NCBI GenBank assembly: GCA_016840405.1
Contig: JAEOSK010000048.1
Location: 1-14,798 of the forward strand
Length of the DNA stretch: 14,798 nucleotides
Reading direction: 5' to 3'
Source of the DNA: Candidatus Hermodarchaeum yapensis
GTDB lineage: Archaea; Asgardarchaeota; Hermodarchaeia; Hermodarchaeales; Hermodarchaeaceae
Shown here: positions 1-6,491 of the stretch, piece by piece
Numbering within the stretch: the first letter of the stretch is position 1
Layout of the letters: each line of letters starts with the position of its first letter
Made by a program: the position numbers and the translations under genes
Notes under the pieces: generated by a model
Databases searched by the model: none
Told to the model about the DNA's origin: nothing
What the model saw: only the letters and a program-made list of their open reading frames with translations

Positions 1-45
1 GACCGACGCCTTTTTACTCACAACACCAAGCCTTACTGAAATTTT
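1..45 (+). repeat. Cassette-boundary site 1 (left arm type A, right arm type X); probably clipped by the window start
   Basis: GACCGACGCCTTTT-TACTCACA-ACACCAAGCCTTACTGAAATTTT, core at 15-22. Bases 1-22 match 2821-2842 at 21/22; right arm matches site 5 at 20/23. Confidence 0.9.
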
Positions 46-147
46 ATATTAAAAATCAAAAGGTTGAGATAATCGGCTAGTCCGGCCTTTTATATGACCT
101 ATGCTTTAATACCCACCGAACCAACTGTACCTGTGGAGGTCATGCGA

Positions 148-1179
148 ATGTCTTCTTCGAAGGTCTTGGGATACGCTGCAAAAGCGGTAGGACAGCCGCT
201 GGAGCCATTCACCTATAAGCCACCCAAATTGGGGAAACATGATGTTCGGGTCTCAGTCACGCATTGCGGTTTGTGCCATACCGACATCCAAGCCATTGAC
301 GACTACTACGGAATAACCGAGTTTCCCTTTGTCCCTGGTCACGAGATCGTTGGGTATGTGTCGGCTATGGGTCGTGCGGTATCCGACCTGAAGGAAGGGG
401 ACCGGGTCGGCATCGGCTGGCAAGGCCGTTCTTGCATGGACTGTGATTTCTGTTTGCAGGGCGAAGAGCAGCTCTGCATGGATATTGTCGCCTCGGGAAC
501 ATGGGTCCCATATGGCGGTTTCGCATCCTCTGTCCTTGTGGATAGCCGCTTTGCCTACCCTCTACCTGATGCCATACCCTCCGAGGTGGCAACGGTACTC
601 ATGTGCGCTGGGATTGCGGTTTTTTCCCCGCTTCAATCGTACGCAGTGCGACCTAGACAAAAAATTGGCATCATAGGCGTAGGAGGGCTGGGTCACCTTG
701 CTTTACAGTTCGCCCACGCCCTTAACTACGATGTCACTGCCATTTCCTCATCTCCAGAGAAGAAGGAGGAGGCGCTTGCCTTCGGCGCAGACCACTTCAT
801 CATTTCAGAAGACGAGACTAGCCTACGGCAGGCTATGTTCAGCTTCGACCTGTTGCTATGCACCACCTCTGCCAAAATCAACTGGGAGGCGCTATTGAAC
901 ATCTTGAAGAAAAATGGGAGGCTAGTCCTTGTTGGCTTCCCAGATTTGGCGTTCAATTCAACTGACCTCGTAGCACATCAATTGTCAATCACCGGTTCCT
1001 TCCTTGGCAATCGGACCACCATGCGGGAGATGCTCGCGTTCGCACAGGAACATGGCATCGTGCCCAAGGTGGAGTTGATGCCCATGACGAGGGTAAACGA
1101 AGCAATTCAGAAGGTCAGAGAGAACAAGGCACGCTACCGTATCGTCTTAGTCAACGATACAGTCGAAGTGGAAGTCTAG
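148..1179 (+). CDS. Zinc-dependent NAD(P)-dependent alcohol dehydrogenase / aldehyde reductase (MDR superfamily, cinnamyl-alcohol dehydrogenase-like)
   Basis: Catalytic Zn motifs CGLCHTD, GHEIVG and MCAG; structural Zn CMDCDFC-x7-C; Rossmann GVGGLG followed by ISSSPEK (NADP-type). ORF track starts at 94, but GGAGGT at 135-140 favours ATG 148. Stop TAG 1177-1179 abuts site 2. Confidence 0.92.
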   Translation: MSSSKVLGYAAKAVGQPLEPFTYKPPKLGKHDVRVSVTHCGLCHTDIQAIDDYYGITEFPFVPGHEIVGYVSAMGRAVSDLKEGDRVGIGWQGRSCMDCDFCLQGEEQLCMDIVASGTWVPYGGFASSVLVDSRFAYPLPDAIPSEVATVLMCAGIAVFSPLQSYAVRPRQKIGIIGVGGLGHLALQFAHALNYDVTAISSSPEKKEEALAFGADHFIISEDETSLRQAMFSFDLLLCTTSAKINWEALLNILKKNGRLVLVGFPDLAFNSTDLVAHQLSITGSFLGNRTTMREMLAFAQEHGIVPKVELMPMTRVNEAIQKVRENKARYRIVLVNDTVEVEV

Positions 1180-1226
1180 ACATCCGATACGCTTTTACTC
1201 ACAAACCCAAGGCTTACTGAACTTTG
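1179..1226 (+). repeat. Cassette-boundary site 2 (left arm B, right arm X)
   Basis: GACATCCGATACGCTTT-TACTCACA-AACCCAAGGCTTACTGAACTTTG, core at 1196-1203; 43/48 identical to site 5. Confidence 0.92.
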
Positions 1227-1329
1227 TTGCCTTGAAAGGAAATATCATTTGAAGACGCATATTTCTGATTGTGTACATCTGTAACTATGTAGGCAAAAAT
1301 CCATAAACACCGAATCATCTACAGCTTGC

Positions 1330-1878
1330 ATGCAATTCTATCCTCAAAATGCAGTTGTTCCAAAAGAACTGCGAACGGAGGAATTCCATATACGTCCTCT
1401 TAGAGTGAGTGATGCAGAGATTGACTATGCAGCAGTGATGGATAGTAAATCCATGCTACGGATAATGAGTCAGAGTACATGGCCATCAGATGATTTCACC
1501 TTAGAGATGAATAGAAAAGATCTAGAGGAACATGAACAAGAACACGATGAACGCATTGCATTCACCTACACGGTTCTGGATCCAACCAAACGCATTTGCT
1601 TAGGATGTGTATATATCCGGCACTTGAAGGAAGGCCCGATGAAAGGCGACCATGCGGCTGAGCTTCGTTTTTGGATCCGTCAGCCGTACTTAGATCAAGA
1701 TTTAGATAAACTGCTGTTGAAGCACCTAATTGCCTGGTTCAAAAACGACTGGGCCTTTTCACATGTTATCCTCAGTATTGCTGATGAGGATAAAAGACAG
1801 GTTCAGCTTGCAACCGAGTTGGGTCTTCACCTCGTCCATGCATACGGAAACAAATGGTCAGAATTTCTCATCAAATGA
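1330..1878 (+). CDS. GNAT-family (RimJ/RimL-like) N-acetyltransferase
   Basis: 182-aa ORF with LRTEEFHIRPL..SDAE.DY start, FTYTVL...CLGCVYI beta-strands and A-E-L-R-F-W, typical of the RimJ/RimL-type GNAT fold. Confidence 0.7.
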   Translation: MQFYPQNAVVPKELRTEEFHIRPLRVSDAEIDYAAVMDSKSMLRIMSQSTWPSDDFTLEMNRKDLEEHEQEHDERIAFTYTVLDPTKRICLGCVYIRHLKEGPMKGDHAAELRFWIRQPYLDQDLDKLLLKHLIAWFKNDWAFSHVILSIADEDKRQVQLATELGLHLVHAYGNKWSEFLIK

Positions 1879-1909
1879 CTCTACCTTAACATAACGTGAC
1901 ATGAGAATG

Positions 1910-1960
1910 AATATCCGATATGCTTTTACTCACAAAATCACGCCACACTCACATTTTGTG
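1910..1960 (+). repeat. Cassette-boundary site 3 (left arm B, right arm Y)
   Basis: AATATCCGATATGCTTT-TACTCACA-AAATCACGCCACACTCACATTTTGTG, core at 1927-1934; second ACTCACA at 1947-1953. Confidence 0.9.
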
Positions 1961-2090
1961 GTGAACACGGCAATAGTCACAAACACTACGAAAATTCGTT
2001 TAGTTCCACGAAAACTAGAAACTAACACCCAGAACTTACTTCAAACCTTCTTCGACTGCGCTTCCTGGACAGGTTCCGCTGAAAATGGGT

Positions 2091-2669
2091 TTATCGAATG
2101 ATGTCCCCAAACTCTTCAAAGGGCATACTCGCCAGTAAAGGCATCAGCTTACCAAATCCTTCAAGAATTTCGGGATCTTCATGGAACTTCTCATGGGCTT
2201 CTTTGCTCGTCCAATAGGTGAGCATTACATATTTCGTGGGTTTGATGGGGACCTCTTTGTATGGTCCTTGAACCATGCTCCCTCCAAACGAGATTGATGA
2301 GATTCGAAAAATCTTCGATCCCAAGAATCCCTTTTTCTCCACGGTTTTATGACACAGGTCACCGGCTAAATCCGTAAAAGCTTGCTCTTTGCCTGGTTTC
2401 ACAGTCAAATAATTAAGCGCACAAACTACACTACGCTGGATCATCTCATACTCCCCATGTTTTGACATTGGGATTATTTCAGCAGTTATCCCGTTTTTCT
2501 GAAGGTAATCCTTCGCTATCCTCGAACGAAATCCAGTATTACAAAAGAGTTCGATGGACTGATCACGAAAGAAATCCAAATAATATTCGAGATCCTGTAA
2601 CGGGAAGTTGTATGCTCCTTTAATGTGTTCTTTGATGAACTCTTCACGAGAACGGACATCAACAATCAT
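2091..2669 (-). CDS. Rhodanese domain fused to a dimeric alpha+beta barrel (ABM / sulfur oxygenase reductase-like) domain
   Basis: N-terminal IVDVRS..EF...HIKGA and active-site loop FCNTGFRS; C-terminal VKPGKEQAF...KGFLG...YVMLTYW.S.EAHEKFH. Likely start is ATG 2669 (GGTG upstream) rather than TTG 2699. Confidence 0.8.
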   Translation of the reverse strand: MIVDVRSREEFIKEHIKGAYNFPLQDLEYYLDFFRDQSIELFCNTGFRSRIAKDYLQKNGITAEIIPMSKHGEYEMIQRSVVCALNYLTVKPGKEQAFTDLAGDLCHKTVEKKGFLGSKIFRISSISFGGSMVQGPYKEVPIKPTKYVMLTYWTSKEAHEKFHEDPEILEGFGKLMPLLASMPFEEFGDIIR

Positions 2670-2817
2670 ATCAAACACCGAAAAGAGAACCGCTGTCAAA
2701 TTATTTAGGCTTATTTATATTGCTTGCTAAGTAAGCCCGTTTAAAAAACATATAAATTAATCAATCTCTGGAAGAGAAGCCCCGATAGTGAGTAGGACCA
2801 TCATAGAAGATTGGTTG

Positions 2818-2865
2818 TACGACCGACGCCTGTTTACTCACAGAATCACGCAGCGCTCACATTAT
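2818..2865 (+). repeat. Cassette-boundary site 4 (left arm A, right arm Y)
   Basis: TACGACCGACGCCTGTT-TACTCACA-GAATCACGCAGCGCTCACATTAT, core at 2835-2842; right arm matches site 3 at 18/23. Confidence 0.9.
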
Positions 2866-3075
2866 CTGATTTAGGGAAAGCATCATAAGAGTGAGAAAGG
2901 TGTGAAAACCACATCCTCAAATTACTGTCGAATGCCCTCCTTTTCAACTCCACCCACACAAGGAATTATTTGGCGAACGGAATATTTGTAACTCTTTTAC
3001 TCTTACAGCTGATTAGAATTAACTGTTCAATTCCTTAGGAAATCAAGATTATTCTGAATAATAAAAAACCTTTCG

Positions 3076-3097
3076 AAAAAAAATAAAATAAAAAAAA
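3076..3097 (-). terminator. Possible oligo-T archaeal terminator for the minus-strand small ORFs
   Basis: A-run on the + strand (T-run on -) about 90 bp downstream of the 3185 stop codon. Confidence 0.35.
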
Positions 3098-3184
3098 TAT
3101 ACTAGGTAGTTACAAACTGGAGACAAAGGAGGCAAATCTCGGAACGCGCCTTTCAGTGATTGACCTGAATCAGCTAGGATCTAG

Positions 3185-3385
3185 CTAGCTAGTTAAATAG
3201 TATCTTCCGTCCTTTGTTGCAACGACACCAGAAGGTATGATTGTGTTGGCACTCATTTTCAGCCACTTTTCTTCAAGTTTGAGTTCTTTGGGTGTTTTAG
3301 CAGTCTCTTCAGAAGTGGCTTCCGCTTCTTTGAGTGTCTTTTTAGTACGCTCCAATACCCATGCTGCATAAGCTGCTACTGCCAA
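3185..3385 (-). CDS. Small hypothetical protein (~66 aa)
   Basis: Strong RBS AGGAGGTGA (complement of 3391-3399) 5 nt upstream of TTG 3385; follows 3430-3627 on the same strand. Confidence 0.65.
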   Translation of the reverse strand: MAVAAYAAWVLERTKKTLKEAEATSEETAKTPKELKLEEKWLKMSANTIIPSGVVATKDGRYYLTS

Positions 3386-3429
3386 TTGAGTCACCTCCTT
3401 ATCCTGTCAATCTATTTATCAGTTTTTAG

Positions 3430-3627
3430 CTACGAAGGTTCCCGGCTACTCCGTATCATAATTGCAGAAGTCAATATGACAATCAGCATCATACCAAATA
3501 TCGCCACAAGGCTTCCGATGCCGAAGGTTCGTTCAGCAAAAATATGACCTTCTAGAGCTATCCCCATACCTACAGTAATGAAAAACCCTGCCACTACGAG
3601 CCATACATATTCCCATTTTCTCATCAT
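3430..3627 (-). CDS. Small membrane protein with two predicted TM helices
   Basis: Two hydrophobic stretches (YVWLVVAGFFITVGMGIAL; FGIGSLVAIFGMMLIVILTSAIMI); GAGGT upstream. Confidence 0.6.
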   Translation of the reverse strand: MMRKWEYVWLVVAGFFITVGMGIALEGHIFAERTFGIGSLVAIFGMMLIVILTSAIMIRSSREPS

Positions 3628-3898
3628 GAAAACCTCAACTAAGTTGCTCTAAACATTCTAGGTATGACAGATGACTATAAACAACTGTGGATTAATTCTC
3701 CATAGCCTTCATATGTCGTGCTACGAAAAATTCATTTTCAGAAAAGTTAGGAACTGGGTGTTCAGATTACAAATGGTTAATCTGTTGTACAAGACCGATT
3801 TGTCCAAGAAGAAGCTGGGCGAAATGTGCCACTAGAGGGAGGATTAGGAATTGCTTCGATCGGTTTTTTGGTTTGGATTCGAAGAAGTAGGTGATTAA

Positions 3899-4063
3899 TT
3901 AATAATACTGGGTTAAAGCTGCTTTTCCTTTCTCTGTGGTTTTGAATTCGAAAATCCCCGCTGTAGGTTGATCATTCGATATTGGACTTGGACCTTTAAC
4001 GAATATCGACATTTCAATAATCCCAACACCCATAACATTGGAAGTACCTTGGGGCGTAATCAT
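3899..4063 (-). CDS. Possible 54-aa ORF or gene remnant (below the ORF-track cutoff)
   Basis: Hand translation MITPQGTSNVMGVGIIEMSIFVKGPSPISNDQPTAGIFEFKTTEKGKAALTQYY; same strand as its neighbours; no recognised homology. Confidence 0.25.
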   Translation of the reverse strand: MITPQGTSNVMGVGIIEMSIFVKGPSPISNDQPTAGIFEFKTTEKGKAALTQYY

Positions 4064-4126
4064 TCCTCTATCAGCATTCTGTGGAATCTGCCTTCCACTT
4101 GATCAATTACTTCAAACCAAATAATG

Positions 4127-4174
4127 GACATCCGATATGCTTTTACTCACAAATCCAAGCCTTACTGAAGTTTT
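4127..4174 (+). repeat. Cassette-boundary site 5 (left arm B, right arm X)
   Basis: GACATCCGATATGCTTT-TACTCACA-AATCCAAGCCTTACTGAAGTTTT, core at 4144-4151. Confidence 0.92.
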
Positions 4175-4312
4175 TTCTCGACGTAGATATAGCGCGTTTT
4201 TGTAATGCATAATTACTAACTTTTATCTTTATCACCGAATAGATACATCCAATCCAATTATATACTTAAATATTTGAATAGATTAATACATCACACATCT
4301 CGAGGTTTATCG

Positions 4313-5401
4313 ATGACTAGCGAAAGTGAGTCTGGTTCTAGTAACTCTGATGAGGAATCTGTTCAAATGGGGCTCTTTGAGAAGTACCTTACACTCTGGA
4401 TATTATCATTTATGACCTTGGGGCTTCTATTGGGATGGCTTTTCCCCGCTTTTGCACTAACTCTTGCTGGACTTCAGTTTGCCGGGTTTTCCATTCCTAT
4501 TGCTATTTGTCTCTTCTTCATGATGTTCCCAACCCTCATCAATATTGAATATGGCGAGATCAAAAACGCTATTAAATTCCCCAAGCCGCTTGTAATCACG
4601 CTCGTGGCTAATTGGATCATCAATCCCCTCCTCGGTTTCTTCTTGGCAAGCACAATACTCGCTGCAAATCCCGGGTATGCCATTGGCATTATCCTACTTG
4701 CAGTTTCGCCGTGCACAGCAATGGTCCTGTTTTGGAATAAATTCGCGAAAGGGAACATCAATTTAGGCTTGGTCATCACCTCGATCAACTCGCTCTTGAT
4801 TCTGCTTCTCTATGCACCTCTTGCATCAGTTTTCATTGGGTTTTATGTCACGGTCCCCTTCATCACTCTCCTTTTCGGAACCATGGTTTTCCTTGTTCTT
4901 CCCCTCGTCACCGGTGTCATAGTGAAACGCCACGTCTACAACACCAGAGGTCAAAAATGGTTCGCCAGTAACTTCAAACCTGTTCTGGATAAAATTGCCA
5001 TCGTTGCGCTCCTCCTCACTCTTGTTGTTCTCTTCTCATTTCAAGGTCAAGTTATTCTCACGCAACCTCTCGATGTTCTCTGGATCAGCAGTGTTCTTCT
5101 CCTCAACTATATAATCATGTTTACCTCTGTGTTTCTCGTCTGTTACAAACTCGATTTTTCCTACAAACAAACTGTTACCGCCACGATTATCGCAAGCAGC
5201 TCTCACTTTGAAATTGCGATTGCCACAGCAATTCTTCTTTTTGGACCCGGATCCGCTGCCGCGTTCGCAACAGTGATTGGTGTCCTCTGGGAAGTTCCCC
5301 TAATGGTCGCCTTCCTCAAACTCGCCCTCCGCCTTAGACCGAAACTCTGGTCTGAATCCACTAACACGACAATCAAATCATCTGCATCTGAATTAAACTA
5401 G
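4313..5401 (+). CDS. acr3: Acr3-family arsenite efflux transporter
   Basis: MGLFEKYLTLWI start, LVANW, SPCTAMV (conserved Cys), SSHFEIAIA, GVLWEVP and about 10 hydrophobic segments. ATG 4313 has GAGGT upstream. Confidence 0.92.
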   Translation: MTSESESGSSNSDEESVQMGLFEKYLTLWILSFMTLGLLLGWLFPAFALTLAGLQFAGFSIPIAICLFFMMFPTLINIEYGEIKNAIKFPKPLVITLVANWIINPLLGFFLASTILAANPGYAIGIILLAVSPCTAMVLFWNKFAKGNINLGLVITSINSLLILLLYAPLASVFIGFYVTVPFITLLFGTMVFLVLPLVTGVIVKRHVYNTRGQKWFASNFKPVLDKIAIVALLLTLVVLFSFQGQVILTQPLDVLWISSVLLLNYIIMFTSVFLVCYKLDFSYKQTVTATIIASSSHFEIAIATAILLFGPGSAAAFATVIGVLWEVPLMVAFLKLALRLRPKLWSESTNTTIKSSASELN

Positions 5402-5446
5402 AAAAACAGGTCACAATAGAACCAAAGTAAATCAAAAGCAGCCATC

Positions 5447-5806
5447 TTATTCAGTTAAGAGATCTTGAACCTGATTCGCCATTTGCTTAACGAGGTCAGG
5501 ATTTGCCTGATAGTGATTAAATCGTCCTTTTCTCCGTCGCCGTAATAGCCCTGCTCGCGCCAGTATATTCAAATGATGTGAAATGGCAGGCTGACTCAAC
5601 TCACTTACACCAACCAGCTTGCATACGCAAACTTCTTTAGTCCCAATCGCTACAAATAATTTCAACCGTTGTGGGTGAGAAAGGGCTTTCGTCAAAGTCA
5701 CAATCGCATTTACCTGTTTTTCACCAGACTCAGATTCTAAATCTAACAACCGGCCAAGAAGTCGTTCTACATCCTCTCCTGATTTCTCTTCACATTTTTC
5801 CGACAT
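5447..5806 (-). CDS. arsR: ArsR/SmtB-family metal-responsive repressor
   Basis: KALSHPQRLK, EVCVCKL (ELCVCDL-type As(III)-binding box), LSQPAISHHL..L..AGL HTH and wing RRKGRFNHY; adjacent to acr3. Confidence 0.88.
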   Translation of the reverse strand: MSEKCEEKSGEDVERLLGRLLDLESESGEKQVNAIVTLTKALSHPQRLKLFVAIGTKEVCVCKLVGVSELSQPAISHHLNILARAGLLRRRRKGRFNHYQANPDLVKQMANQVQDLLTE

Positions 5807-5854
5807 TCTTTTTACCCCTATCTGATTCTAATTTAATCTGCAACTCATCCACAT

Positions 5855-5872
5855 ATTTAAATGCGTCTAAAT
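5855..5872. promoter_or_regulatory. Candidate ArsR operator / promoter upstream of arsR
   Basis: Imperfect inverted repeat ATTTAAA-TGCG-TCTAAAT about 50 bp upstream of the arsR start. The context is AT-rich, so support is weak. Confidence 0.3.
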
Positions 5873-5956
5873 TAATATCTAGAAGAGCATTACAGATATT
5901 TCAAGAAATGAATAGTGAATCATAAGTTTCGTATAACCAACGCCTTAATATTCACT

Positions 5957-6046
5957 AAAGATGAGTATGCCCTAAAAGTTCGTTTATTTTATTCGTTATT
6001 CTATTATGTTAAGTTGTGAGTGTAAAAGATTTAATACTCACAAAAT
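5957..6046 (+). repeat. 90-bp direct repeat copy 1, ending in site 6 (left arm C)
   Basis: Ungapped 74/90 match to 6387-6476; core TACTCACA at 6035-6042; followed by TAAGCCT, resembling right arm X. Confidence 0.9.
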
Positions 6047-6109
6047 TAAGCCTGAAACCCAATTAGTTTTAGCAAATGGTGAATATTTGTAGAAATCAGT
6101 GGGAATCAT

Positions 6110-6343
6110 ATGCGTAAGGTCTTGGCAAAGATTACCCTCATTATTTCACCGATTTTCATAGCCATTCTCGTGCTGGATTGGTTTGGTTTAATTCAAGGTG
6201 GATGGCTCTTCAGAAATCCGTTTTTATTCTGGATTAACGATACTTTCCTTCTGGTCTTTTATTCTATAGTGACTCTAATTTTAATAGGGGTAAGCATTAT
6301 CACCCTACAGGAACCTGAGCCAACAAAGAGCAAAGATAATTAG
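6110..6343 (+). CDS. Small membrane protein (77 aa, 2 TM)
   Basis: Two hydrophobic helices and a charged tail; sole ORF between the two 90-bp repeats. Confidence 0.6.
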   Translation: MRKVLAKITLIISPIFIAILVLDWFGLIQGGWLFRNPFLFWINDTFLLVFYSIVTLILIGVSIITLQEPEPTKSKDN

Positions 6344-6386
6344 ACAGCGATTTTAGGATGTAGGTTTCCTAAAGTTTATATGTACA

Positions 6387-6484
6387 AAAGATGAGTATTC
6401 CCTAAGCGTTTGTTTATTTTAATCGTTTTCTCGCTATGTTAATTTGTGTATGTAAAAGATTTTTTACTCACAAAATGTGAGTAA
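6387..6484 (+). repeat. 90-bp direct repeat copy 2 plus terminal palindromic site 7
   Basis: Core at 6465-6472; perfect inverted repeat TTACTCACA-AAA-TGTGAGTAA at 6464-6484. Confidence 0.9.
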
Positions 6485-6491
6485 TTAGACT

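Larger units (their letters stand above)
1..6484 (+). mobile_element. Putative integron-like gene-cassette array (6 complete cassettes; may continue left of the window)
   Basis: Seven co-oriented intergenic sites with cores spaced 1181, 731, 908, 1309, 1891 and 430 bp, each interval holding whole unrelated genes; arms shuffled around the core. Mobility is inferred, since no recombinase is seen. Confidence 0.65.

Noticed and set aside
1901-2101. 66-aa + strand ORF
   Set aside because: Reads straight through repeat site 3 and has no recognisable features; likely spurious.
2994-3007. CTTTTACTCTTACA as a degenerate extra site
   Set aside because: Core is interrupted, with no CCGA box or right arm.
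3172-3192. CTAG tandem run (CTAGCTAGCTAG)
   Set aside because: Short low-complexity run at a stop codon; no further copies.
3752-3894. Possible + strand remnant ending in a TM-like tail (GGLGIASIGFLVWIRRSR)
   Set aside because: Interrupted by stops, with no clear start and no recognisable homology; cannot be supported as a pseudogene.
6004-6014. XerD-arm-like TTATGTTAAGT (also CTATGTTAATT near 6434, reverse copy at 1884-1894, and XerC-like GTTTCGTATAA at 5926-5936)
   Set aside because: None has a partner arm at the 6-bp spacing needed for a dif/pdif site; AT-rich context makes chance matches likely.
1-6484. CRISPR array interpretation of the repeats
   Set aside because: Intervals are 430-1891 bp and contain whole genes; the repeats are divergent and no cas genes are present.
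1-6484. Canonical integron attC sites
   Set aside because: No RYYYAAC/GTTRRRY ends, no consistent long hairpin in sites 1-5, and no intI in the window.
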